Positions 1 through 11,590 of a DNA stretch of 64,000 bases are shown here, piece by piece. The translations under genes and the position numbers were made by a program. Numbering within the stretch: position 1 is the stretch's first letter; every line of letters starts with the position of its first letter. The notes below the pieces were generated by a model. It did no database searches. It had not been told where the DNA came from and saw only the letters and a program-made list of their open reading frames with translations. The stretch comes from Selaginella moellendorffii (Eukaryota; Plantae; Lycopodiophyta): NCBI RefSeq assembly GCF_000143415.4, contig NW_003314320.1, positions 1,129,231-1,193,230 of the forward strand, in the 5' to 3' direction.

Positions 1-263
1 AGTCAATAGTCAATGAGGACATTGACATCTCTGAAGGGGGAGTGAGTGTAGCGCATGTGATTATGGGATGAGATTTGAATATACTGTCACAGTTGACTTA
101 AGGGGAGAGAGATAAGGTGTAGCATGGCTCAGTAGGGGTTGTTAGTCAATAGTCAATAAGGACATTGACATCTTTGAAGGGGGGGTAAGTGTAGCGCATG
201 TGATTATGGGATGAGATTTGAATATACTATCACAATTGGCTTAAGGGGAGAGAGATAAGGTGT
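1..263. repeat. Tandem repeat, 143-bp period (about 2 copies visible, probably continues upstream of the window)
   Basis: 1-120 matches 144-263 almost exactly (agtcaatagtcaat...gagagagataaggtgt). Confidence 0.9.
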
Positions 264-1048
264 GCTACAGATACAATGAGATGCCTTATTAGATTAAGTA
301 TGTTTAGTTTAAATTTTTTATCTTTATGCTCGTCTTGTTTAAATATACTCAAAATGCCCAGTTAACTCCACTAGCACAAAAGGGATTAACAAAGAGTTCA
401 ATAATACCCAATAAAAAACAGATATTAGAAAGGACTCGCTAATAAGTAACTTTTGATATATTCTCCCCTCTTTAGGGAAGATTAACATCCTTGTCGATGC
501 ATACTCTAGTTTAGACCACTGCCAAAAAAATAATTCCAGAAAAAAGTTTATGGTGTTCACACTTTATGAGAAATGTAAATGAATTAGGGGTAACCATTTT
601 GTTTAACATAAATACACTACCACTCAAACATCTTTTGGCCATCATCGATAAGGAAATGAGCCACCTTTGCTATTCTAGGTATTATCCAACTTACAAAAAA
701 TGATATACCCCTACTTGCAAATGATATAGAGAGAGAAGTTAAAGACCCCAACCTTCTTGAGTAAACAAAACAAACCTATTAATAAGGTTTAGATATTGTA
801 ATTAGGCAGTTAGAGTTGTTTCCATGGTTATGCCTCTTTAATGGAATAAAGAACATCGAAAGAGATAAGGGTGATGTGACTAATCTACAATAGTTACTAT
901 ACAGTTAAAGATTTCGTCATACACATAAAGTGCTAAAGTCAGTTTGTTTATACTAGCTCAAACCCAAAGATCAATAGATAGATAACAAACTAAAGAGGGC
1001 AAATTATTAGTGAATAAGTTTTAATTAGAATATAAAAGTATTTCAATT

Positions 1049-1223
1049 TGTGAGGGCCAAGTGTACGGTTATGATGCCGTATACTAATATTAGCGTAGTG
1101 GGATTTTGGTAACCGTCGGATTAGTTTCAATCTGGACCACTCGCTCTTGTATATAAGCTAGGGTTTTTGGGTTAATTAATATGCACATTTTTATATTCCC
1201 TTTCTATATTCCAAGCACTCACA
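1049..1223 (+). repeat. 5' LTR (175 bp)
   Basis: Direct repeat of 5876-6050, 9 mismatches by eye. Confidence 0.95.
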
Positions 1224-1456
1224 TTAGTCGAGATGAGGGGCACCTTTGATTGTCCTTGAGGAATGCTTGGATTTGGGATTTTGGTTTAGATCTAGCTTTT
1301 GCATTGTCTAGATCTAACTTTTTCCATTTCCTTTCTTTTGTTCTTTCTTTTTAGGGTTTTGGTTTAGATCTAGCTTTTTGCGTTGTCTAGATCTACCATT
1401 TCCTTCTAGCTTTTTGTTATTTCTCTTCTTTTGTTCTTTCTTTTTCGTTCATCTTC

Positions 1457-2389
1457 ATGGCAGATCAGCAATCTCCTCCTTTAACTCTAGAGCAGCAGTT
1501 GGTACAATTGCTTGATGCTATGCACTTGCAATTGAACAACCAAATTTAGTTGATGGCGGCATTCATGGCATGTGGTACAACTCCTCCTGCTCTTGGTGCC
1601 AATCCTCGCGTTCAGCCGGAGTTCTTTCGTGGGAATCCTGGGGATGATGTGTACCATTGGTTCGATCACTTCACAGTGATTGCCACATATCATTCTTGGG
1701 ATGATGCTCGACGGTTGCATGAGTTTCCCACATGTCTCCAAGGGACGGCATTGCAGTGGTACAATGGTTTGAGCGCAGCCACTCGTGGGGATTGGAGTGT
1801 TCTCCCGGACGTCTTCAAACGCGCCTTCGGACATGCTGATGATTGTGATGATGCTTTCCAACAATTGCATCGTCTTCGCCAAGGGCCATCTGAGTCGGTG
1901 ATGCAATTTGGTGTTCGTTTTCGAAGTCTTTTGCTTCATGCGGAGCCAAATATGTCGGAGCAGATCAAGCTAGGAATGTTGTGACCAGCACTTCATCAAG
2001 ATCTTGTTGGACTTGTGCATGCACTTGCTCCTGCCACCCTTGACGATGCTCTTCGCTTGGCACAACGTTATGAGACGTCGCCTCTTCCACTTCTCGCTGC
2101 ACGTCCTTCCACTCCACTTCCTATGGGTGATAGTCCTGTTCCAATGGAGGTTGATGCTGCTGCTGCTTGAGTCCAAGGACAAGCGCGAGGACGTGGTCGT
2201 GGCCGTGATGTTTGCTGTTGGGCATGTGATGAAGTTGGTCATACTTATCGGCGTTGCCGTCGTTTTCTAGATTGGCGACCTCTATTTCCTGGGTGGAGAC
2301 CTTGGCGTCAGCAACGTCCTGTGGGTGCTGCTACAGTGGAAGGTCTGGACACCGAGATGCATCCGGGAAACGAGGAGTCGCGCGAGTAA
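1457..2389 (+). pseudogene. gag: Retrotransposon gag (in-frame stops)
   Basis: ATG 1457; PEFFRG and LQGTALQWY capsid-like motifs, PMEVD (2141), zinc knuckle CWACDEVGHTYRRC, TAA at 2387-2389; internal TAG/TGA stops. Confidence 0.88.
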
Positions 2390-2426
2390 CGGAGGGACCT
2401 TGCGCGAATAAATCAGTGACCCCTCC
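2365..2426 (+). promoter_or_regulatory. Programmed -1 ribosomal frameshift signal (slippery heptamer + H-type pseudoknot)
   Basis: G GGA AAC at 2365-2371 in the gag frame; 6-nt spacer; stem1 2378-2386/2399-2407; stem2 2391-2396/2421-2426; protease ORF lies in the -1 frame. Confidence 0.78.
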
Positions 2427-5400
2427 ATCTTTCTTTCGGGAGTATCATCAAGGGGTTCACTCGGCACCAGTTCATCCAGTGTTTACTTTCCAAGCTCGTT
2501 TTTATAACAAGAGGTCTCCTATTATTCTCTCCGTGTTGGTTGATACAGGTTCGAGTTTATCTTTTATTGCTCGACCTGTTGCCACACGTTGTCGTCTACA
2601 CTTGCATCGTGCGACGGAATCAGTTTTCATTCTTTATGGCAACGGCTGTACACATGCATGTGCACGGGATGAGGTGGACCTAGTTGTGCGTGTGGGCAAT
2701 CTCGAGCTTGAGTTACAGTCATTGCGGGTGGTGCCGAGTCAAGCTTTTGACCTAATTCTTGGTATGGATTGGTTGCAACGCAATCATGCCAAGTGTGACT
2801 TTGAGGCTTTTCCCCCTTGTCTCATACTTCCTTATGTTTCATCCATTCCTCTCACTTCCATATTTCTTTGTCCCTCTACTTCTACCTCTGCTTCCATTAC
2901 TTTTGTTCCCCCACTCTTTCCTTCTGTGTTTCCATCTTGTTCTGCTTTTCCCTTTTCTGATATCTTTGTGTTGCAGCAGTTGACTGGCTCATGAAGGAGT
3001 ATTCTAATCTCTTTGAATTTGACCTATCGTCTGGGGCCAAGATTGCCACATGTCATCCGATTCCAACCGGGGATGCTCGTCCAATCAAGGTTCCTATTCA
3101 TCGTCGGTCACCTAAGGAGATCAAGATTTTATGAGCAAACGTCAAGGAAATGCTAGAGAAGGGTGTTATTCGGAAGTCGCGGAGTCCTTGGGCATGTGAA
3201 CCTTATCTCGTGACGAAGCTTGATGGGAGTATTCGTTTCTGCATCGACTATCGTCCGTTAAACGAAGTGACGATCCCAGATGTGTATCCTCTTCCTCACA
3301 CTGCTGATTTCTTGGATCGTCTGGGGCGAAGTTGTTAGTTCACCAAGCTAGATCTTGCTTCTGGGTATTGGCAAGTACTAATGGCCAAAGAAGATATTCC
3401 TAAGACTGCTTTTCATACACCATTTGGTTTGTACGAGTTCTTGGTGATGCCGTTTGGTTTGAACAATGCTCCAGCAACTTTCCAGTGGATGATGGACGAG
3501 GTTCTTTGCTATATGCCGGAGGTGACTGTTAACTTCATTGATGATGTCTTGATCTACTCGGAGGGGACGTGGGAGGAGCACGTTTGTGATATTTGTAAAG
3601 TGTTGGATTGGCTACATGACGTTGGTTTAAAGCTGAAGCGGTCAAAGTGCATATTTGGGTCCAAGGACACAACTTATTTTGGGTACCGTATTTCTCGTGA
3701 GGGTTTGCAAGTTGATCCTGACAAACTTGTGGCTATTCTAAAGTTCCCTACTCCGAAGTGTGTGAATGATGTGCAGCACTTTTTAGGTAAGGTGCAGTAT
3801 CTCGGTCGTTTTGTGAATCATCTTTCCGATCGCACTACACCATTGCGAGCGTTGCTGAAGTCATCAACGTCATCTTTCATCTGGTCTCCGGATTGTGAGT
3901 GGGCGTTCGTGGATCTCAAAGAGCTATTGACGACTTCTCTGGTTTTGGCATATCCTGACTACACTCGACCTTTTATTTTGCGCGTGGATGCTTCTGACAT
4001 TGGTCTTGGAGGTGTGTTGATGCAAGAGAGCTCGAGTGTGCCTGGTCAGCGCCATTCCATTGCATACATAAGTCGTACATTACAACCAGCGGAGATGAAC
4101 TACTCCACGATGGAGAAGGAGTGTTTAGCAGCAGTCTGGGGTTTCAAGAAACTTCATGCATATCTACATGGTTCTTGGACATTACTTGAAGGTGGCCATG
4201 CTGCTGTTACTTCATTATTGAAGCGGAAGAACCTAGTTGGTCGTACGGCTCGATGGGCTTTGAAGCTTCAGATATATGATTTCGATGTTGTTCATCGCCC
4301 AGGGAGTTCTATGGCTGATGCTAATGCCCTTTCTCGAGCTCCTCTTCCTTCTCCACTCACTTCTTATGTTTCTGACGAACATGTTATTCCAGCATCTGTG
4401 GATTTTCTAGATGAGGATTCTGTGCCATCGGCGGTTATTGTCCTTGACGTTCAGTGTCCACAAGGCGCAGAGCAAGATCTACTTTCTCTTGATGAGGTTC
4501 GCGAGGCTCAAAAGATTAAGTCGTGGATTCGAAGGCTTCGAGATGGGTTTGAGAATCCTGCATCACTTGCTGATGACTTGCCTTTCCGGCATTTACATTC
4601 TCAATATCGCCTTGAAGATGGCCTTCTTTATTTTGTGGGGACGAATCCTGATGATCTTTTACGGCTGGTGGTGCCTTCGGTGTTTATTCTGCGGTTTCTC
4701 CATGCCTACCATGATTCTCCTGTTCTAGGTGGGCATATAGGACACCGTGGTGTCATCGAGAAGCTGCACAGGTCTTTCTATTGGCCGGAGATGCAACGTG
4801 ATATTATCCGGTATGTGCGTAGCTGCGTTTAGTGCCAAACTCGTAATACTCCCCCTCGTGCTGCGGAAGGACAATTGAAGTCAATTGCGGTTTCCCGTCC
4901 GTTTGAGTTAATGGCGTTTGATCTTATGGGACCTTTTCCATGGTCGACTTTTGGCAATGAGTATGTTATTATTGCTTTTGACTACTTGACTCGTTGGGTG
5001 GAAGTTGGTGCTCTTGCTAGCACCTCTGCAACTGCTGTTGGATACTTTCTCCTCAATCGAGTGGTGTTCCAGCATTCTTGTCTAGAGCGGATTCTTTTGG
5101 ATAATAGTCCCGCATTTATGGCTGAGGCATTTCATGTTTTGATGTTTCGATTGGGGATATGCCACACTTTCACGAGTGCTTATCATCCACAATCAAACGG
5201 TCTGGTGGAACGGCTTATTCAGACATTCAAAGGGATGATTGCGAAGTATGTGAACCTTCAGCATTCGGATTGGGATGGTTATTTGCCATCTCTTCGATAT
5301 GCATATGTTATAGGGGTGTAGAGTTCTGTTGGTGTTTCACCATATAAACTCCTATATGGTCATGATCCAATATTACCAACGGAGCTGGGTTTACCTTCGC

Positions 5401-5843
5401 AATTGCCATGAGCTGCCGATGCTAGATCATGGGATCAATATTTGACAAGCATTCTTCCACTTGTCCGAACAGAGTCTGCCGAACACTTAGGCCGCGTACA
5501 AGTGGGACAACAACGGTGCTACAACTCCCATCATCGTCCACCTGTGGAATATAAAGTGGATGATTTGGTGTTAGTCCGTTTTCCCCATCTTACGGTACGT
5601 GGTTTATCTAAAGGGCTTCTTGCGCAATGGAAAGGACCGTATTGGGTGTTGCGGCAAGTTGGACCACAAGTTTATGAGGTTTGGCATGACGTTCAGCAGG
5701 CCGATCCTCCAGAGATTGTGCATGTGCAGCGGCTGAAACGCTTCGTACAAAGGGATCAGGAGGAGTTAATACCACCTACAGATCCACTGATGCCTCCTCC
5801 TGACGTTCCTCCGGATCCCGGCCCATATTCAAAAGAACCATGA
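2365..5843 (+). pseudogene. pol: Retrotransposon pol: aspartic protease, RT, RNase H, integrase (disrupted)
   Basis: LVDTGS; SPW, RFCIDYR, MPFGL, FIDDVLIYS; DASDIGLG, EKECLA; HHCC, DLMGP, DNSPAF, NGLVER; GPY/F-type C-terminus (WKGPY...VHVQRLK). Confidence 0.95.
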
Positions 5844-5875
5844 TGGTCTTCCATTATCCCGAGAGGAGGGGATGA

Positions 5876-6050
5876 TGTGAGGGCCAAGTGTACAGTTATG
5901 ATGCCGTATACTAATATTAGCGTAGTGGGATTTTGGTAGCTGTCGGATTGGTTTCAATCTGGACCACTCGCTCTTGTATATAAGCTAAGGTTTTTGGGCT
6001 AATTAATATGCACATTTCTGTATTCCCTTTCCATATTCCAAGCACTCACA
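5876..6050 (+). repeat. 3' LTR (175 bp)
   Basis: Direct repeat of 1049-1223, preceded by a polypurine tract. Confidence 0.95.
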
Positions 6051-7720
6051 AATTAAGTTATCATCTAATAAACAATAAATGTAGAGTATAGCACCACCAA
6101 AATCATGATAATTTATAAATATAGGATGAATCATTCAAAAAAAATTATTAACAAGTATATCATCAAGAAAACTTAATGATAAATCTGAACTATCAAAGAT
6201 TATAGATAACATGTTAAACAACTTATGAAAAAAAAACTCAAAAAACATAAAATATCATCAATTAGTAAGCAAAATACTTGAGAATGTTTGACTCAAAGGA
6301 AATAACTTCCTAATTTAATAGAACTAACTTTAGTAACAGTCAATAGAATAAAATGAATGTCAAAATGGTTAATAAACATTTGTTTGTATTAACCATTGCA
6401 CTAGTCAATCTGAATAGATTTCAATCAACAATACTAAAGAATTTAAGTTGCTTAAACAAACATTAGCAACATCCTATTAATATCTCAAATTCAAAAGACC
6501 AATTTAGAGCAAACCACAAAAAACATATGGTAATGCGAAAAACCAAACGCTATAAAAAAAATAATTAACCATTATAAAAAATCACTAATTATTTTATCAA
6601 TAAAGAGACACATAATCATTGTTAAAGAAATAATCCACCATCCCAAAGAATTGCAAATCATTCAATATTAATAATAATCTAGTAAAACCTTTGATATAGA
6701 TAATCAACTATCCTTAATGAAAGTTAATCATCACCAATAATCACAAAATGTAAACACCAACTTCACGATCAAAACTAATAAGCCAAAATACCTTCCTTGA
6801 CAATTCCTAAAATAAATGGAATAATAAACATGAAAACTCAAAAAACCAAAAACTTGAAAAAGTCTATAGCCAAATTTCGTATAACAACAATCACAAATCT
6901 TATATCAATTAATTTTAATACCAAAGAAGAAATTATGGTACAACCCACAATATTCTTCTTAACACATCCATAAATTAAATTTCATAATGCAAAAGCTAAT
7001 GAATCTAAAATCCAAACATAACAAATCTATGCACAATAAGTGATCATGAAACAATCCTCCATGAATCCATTTATAACAAGATTTAACTCACTTCATAATA
7101 AGCACAAGAATCATCATCAATGATTGATATATCCCCAACTTAAATCTATAAAGAATTAAAAACTTTAATATTGATCATAAATTCTTCCTTTAGTAAAATT
7201 GGTATAGTCTATAACTAAATCACTTTTTAAAGAAAGGCCAAAGCTCAATCTTTAGTAAGCAATTTTGTCTAAAACACAATTAACCCAAATTATTAGTGAA
7301 CTCATTTGAATGCAAATATAATTGCTAACTAGCAAATGCATGAATATCAATAACACAAAACTATAGCTAAATCATCAATACTATCTACATCAAAACTAAT
7401 GAAACTCAATATTAATCATATAAAGAGATATCTTATCCCGCTCCAATCTCAACTTTAATAATGTCAAAGCATCACTTCAACATCATCAACATTAGAACAA
7501 AACCAAAAAAAAACATTGATTTAGAGTGCTATGGAATCTAAAATCTTAATAAGCTCAAACTTTGGAAGATCCACACAAGTGCTTTTGGTAACTCAATGCT
7601 ACAGATGTAAAATCTTAAGCACAATGCTACAACTTTCACAACTGCTCAGCTCAGCTAGATGCACAACTTGGGTGCTTCTTGAACTAGTACCCAGTTCACA
7701 AGTCAGCCAGTTCAAGGATT

Positions 7721-8980
7721 AGACCTGGGAGTGATATGCTTAGTGGCTGCTAGTCAAGTCAGGGTGAGAGTGAAAAAATGGAGCAAGAGAAGCTCTAAAA
7801 TCAAACCTTGTACCTTCTAAGTGTTTGTCATCGCAACATTGCCTTGTGTTCTTTTTTTCAGTCTCCATAGAAACTGAAATTCTACTGATCGATCTTTCCT
7901 TTCGTTCCTCCAGATAGCGAATATTCGTTTGTTTTTAAAATTTTGATAGAAAACCCTAACTGGTGATGAAACTCAATTTGGAGCAGATAAAAGATTGTTT
8001 CTTTGGAGCGATCCTCTCCAAAGCTGGCGAGTGTGTCTTCTTGCCTTCCTCCACATCAGCAAACTTAGAGGGCTTCTTCACAAATTCAAAGCTTAGAAAT
8101 ATTTTGTACAAAAACTATTGATGTTTTTTGGGATTATTTTTTATCATCACATTCACCCAAATGTTTGTGGAGATATAAGCTTTGTCATTTTTAAACCATC
8201 TTTAGCTCAAAGAAGATGAGCACTTTTCTGCCATGAATGAATTATTTTTATGTTATTTTCAAATAAAACCAGAATTTTATTTTATTTTCCCAAAAAATAG
8301 TCATTTTCATAAATACCACAATTATATCACACATACCAAGATTGCAATATTTAAAACATCCTTGTCAAGTGTTTGTACTTAGAACTGTTGACATCCTCTC
8401 CTTGCACAGAAATATCCTCAGCACTGTTGGAGATTAATGGCCAAGGTGGCTGCCAAGACTACCTTTCTACAAGTCAGAGTAGTTTTGAAATGATTTGTAC
8501 CAGAATAATATAACAACATAACGTGGCCTCTTTGCGTGTAGCATGGACGTGATCTCAGTCTTGTCAAAGCGCTGCTGCTCTATGCCCAGCTGCTTTGCGA
8601 ATTGCATCGCATGCTTGCTCGTGATTGCCTGCGAGTTTCGGTTCTAGGGAGACATTGTGGAGCCCCTCCTGGTGACGATGCTGGCCAAAACCTATGGAGT
8701 GTGGTTGCCACAGTCACCTTTGTGGCAGCCACGTATAAACTCCAGAGGAGTTCTAAGTTCACGCTCTTTCAAGTCTCCGTCCGGTACAGATTCTCGCCTT
8801 GGCAGCATGGATCTCGGGGATTTGCAAAGCCACTCGAGGGGTGTGAATTGATCGTGCTGCCGGTGGTGATGGGTTTACTTTGCGGAGTGGGAGAGCTGGG
8901 AGATGGGCTCGTCGGACGTGGATGCGTGGGCCGGGTGGCGGCTGGCGTGGTGTGCGTGGTAACGGCTGCCTGCGTGGATA
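7721..8980 (+). pseudogene. Fragmented, decayed paralog of the Sec61alpha-like gene at 10409-11590
   Basis: 7721-7768 matches about 10612-10659; 8543-8980 matches pieces of about 10767-11450 (KALLLYAQL, LWSVVATVTFVAATYKLQ, VAAGVVCVV) with large deletions. Confidence 0.85.
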
Positions 8981-9459
8981 GTTTGCCACGTAATGTACGC
9001 ACGATTCTAAATTGTCAATGCAACATCTGCGATCTTCTTCATGATGTTTCAGTCTCCGTAGAAACTAAATATCTACTGATCGATCCTTTGTTTCGATCTC
9101 CAAAACCATCTCCCAGCCACCATCGTCTTGTTGAGCCACTGCCACCTCTCCTCCACTACTATTGCTCTCCAGCGTTTCTTTTCGCGGACTACTTTTCAGC
9201 GATCGAGATAATACGTGGTGAATATTGGGGCCAACTGTTGACCGTTTTATAAAACTTCATACTTTTTTAGTGGCTAGCGAAGAGTGGATTCTATGCGGCA
9301 AGAACGGTGATGAAGCTATCCCTTTGAGCAGCATGCGGCGAAACATTGTCACTGCCGTCGCAGGTCGTACTCCTATGAGAGACAACTTCTTGATCATGCA
9401 AAGTTTGAGTTGCCCATTAGTTGTCTAGCGACCCACGTCTGGCACTTCGCCTTGTGCCA

Positions 9460-9850
9460 TGGATGGTCTAGAAATACAAAGCCTGTGCTTAACATTTTCC
9501 ACAAAGATCTTACAAGTGGAGAAGCAAGGATTATACTTAGAACATCCAGGGGATGTTCTCCTGCATTTGTGCAGGCACTGTTGATCCGGATTAATAAAGG
9601 GCATGATAGCGAGGGTGTTTAATAGACACAGTAAACTATCATTTAGCAAATATTGATAAACCAAACTCAATATTGTGGAGGATACTTGCAAGTGCAAAGG
9701 TGGCTGCAAAGAACATCATCGAAAATCTTTTGCCTATTTCTACAGAGACAAGAATGAGATACTGAAGCCCACAGCAGAGAATGTAAGACGATTCCAATAC
9801 TAGCCTCGGGGCAACGTAGAAAGCACTGCCAAAAAGATCTTCACCCGGTC
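9460..9850 (-). pseudogene. CDPK gene fragment including intron sequence
   Basis: Nucleotide similarity to about 21941-22366 (ggatggtctagaaat...aaagcctgtgctta...tacttagaac); [11 protein letters not shown]; deletions and stops. Confidence 0.8.
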
Positions 9851-10408
9851 TAAAAGGATGATCCAGACGAAGAATGATCTCTACTTCCAATGTGGAAAAT
9901 ACAGAGAAATTATGTGAAAGGTAGTAGACTTTAATGGAGGGGCTAATAATGGATTAAGGAGAAAAAGTTCTGTTCTTCTCATCCATGTCTGCAGTAAAAG
10001 CCAGAATCAATTGTGCATTGTGGCCAAAACAGTCCTAAATGTAATCATTGAGAAGATGAGCAAAATGGCACTAGTAACAATGCTCTTAGTTATTTTGAAT
10101 GTATAGGAAAGTGAGAAACAAGCAAAAAGTACCTTTAATTAGCTGTAAGCCAGCAAAACCAAATCCTTACTCCATGGCATAAATATTCATATCCATTATT
10201 ATTATGCAATTTCACAATAGAACCGTTTGAACCAGGCATTAATTTGTTATTGTGGCACAATTCACAGTGATTTTAAAATGAATGCCATATATTATTCTTA
10301 ACAGAATTATTAAAAATAAAATGCCTGGAATTCTCGGCGTTAACTTAAGGTTTGCTGCTCACTTTGTATTCAGGCAGACGCCTCAAAGGGTTTCTTCAAA
10401 CTAGGGCA

Positions 10409-11590
10409 ATGGCTTTGTGGATCCTCTCGCACCCGTTTTCGCGCAGGCCCCCGAGGTATTGGGGCTTGCCTCACAGGTTCACCGTCCTAGCGGCGATCTC
10501 CCTGCTGTGGATAGCTCTCGGCAGCATCCCGCTCTATGGTATGTCCAAGACGCCGGCAGCTGGCTGGGCATGGGTGCGCGAGGTGTTCGCATCCAGCCCA
10601 GGAACTCTCACAGACCTGGGAGTGATATGCTTGGTGGCTGCTAGTCAGGTGAGGGTGAGGTTGCCAATGAGCGAGGAGGTGCCCATGCCCGAAGACAAAG
10701 TAACGAAGTTCGTCATGTTTGGCGTGTCGCTGCTCCTCCCAGTGCTGCCCCTTGCTGCTGGTCGCTATGGACGTGATCTCGGTGTTCTCAAGGCGCTGCT
10801 GCTCTATGCCCAGCTCAGCCTTGCGAATTGCGTCGCGTGCTTGTTCGTGATTGCCTGCGAGTTTCGGCGCTGGGGAATAGGAGTTGACATTGCGGAGCTC
10901 CTCCCCGCGGCGACTCTGGCCAAGAGCTTGGTTGTCAAGGCGTTGAGCCCATTCCCTCCAGCGGCACCGGTTAGTGGCAGAAGGTTTGAAGGTGCGCTGC
11001 TTCACGGGCTGTCTGTGGTGCATGGCAATTACAGTAGGAGTGCCTTTTATAGTGCTCTTGGCACCGGCGGCGGCGACGGCGGCGGGGATCTTGCTTCTGG
11101 GAATGAAGTGGTGAGCTTGTGGAGTGTGCTTGCCACAGTCACTTTTGTGGCGGCCGCGTACAAACTCCAGAAGAATCGGAAGGTCACGCTCTTTCAAGTC
11201 TCGGACTGGCTACAACCGGTACAGTTTCTCGCTTTGTTGGCATGGATCTTGGGCGTCGTTTCCTCCAAGGCGCTCACGCTGTCCGATGGGCGCGGTTTGC
11301 TCACCTGGATCTTGGTGCCGGTGGCGATGGGTTTACTGTTCAAGGCGTTTGCGGCGTGGGAGAGTTGGGAGCTGGGCTCGTCGGAGACGGATGCTTGGGC
11401 CGGGGTGGCGGCTGGAGTGCTGTGCGTGGTGGCGGCTGCCACGGGATGCGTGGGCTCGGCTTTTGGATGGCTGATAGTTTGTCGGCTGATCTACAAACTT
11501 TACCGCTCAGTGTGCTCTGCAATTATGACCCGGCGGATGCTAGAAAAATTGGAGCAGGAGGGGGTGCCCTCCATGTACGCACGCTTCTGA
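10409..11590 (+). CDS. Divergent intronless Sec61alpha/SecY-family membrane protein (~393 aa)
   Basis: Colinear Sec61alpha motifs: IPLYG, W.R.VFAS.PGTL.DLG, GRYG..LG...A.L...QL, KALSP, FEGA, LATV.F, AG.L.V.A...G.VGS..G.L.....IY; about 10 hydrophobic segments; uninterrupted ORF. Confidence 0.8.
   Translation: MALWILSHPFSRRPPRYWGLPHRFTVLAAISLLWIALGSIPLYGMSKTPAAGWAWVREVFASSPGTLTDLGVICLVAASQVRVRLPMSEEVPMPEDKVTKFVMFGVSLLLPVLPLAAGRYGRDLGVLKALLLYAQLSLANCVACLFVIACEFRRWGIGVDIAELLPAATLAKSLVVKALSPFPPAAPVSGRRFEGALLHGLSVVHGNYSRSAFYSALGTGGGDGGGDLASGNEVVSLWSVLATVTFVAAAYKLQKNRKVTLFQVSDWLQPVQFLALLAWILGVVSSKALTLSDGRGLLTWILVPVAMGLLFKAFAAWESWELGSSETDAWAGVAAGVLCVVAAATGCVGSAFGWLIVCRLIYKLYRSVCSAIMTRRMLEKLEQEGVPSMYARF

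Larger units (their letters stand above)
1049..6050 (+). mobile_element. Full-length degenerate Ty3/Gypsy LTR retrotransposon, no chromodomain seen
   Basis: Two 175-bp LTRs with TGTGAG...CTCACA ends; AATT on both flanks (1045-1048, 6051-6054); domain order gag-PR-RT-RH-INT; polypurine tract gagaggaggggatga at 5861-5875; multiple stops and frameshifts. Confidence 0.96.

Noticed and set aside
6051-7500. A/C-rich, G-poor stretch, possibly an old TE
   Set aside because: No ORF, termini or motif to support a call.
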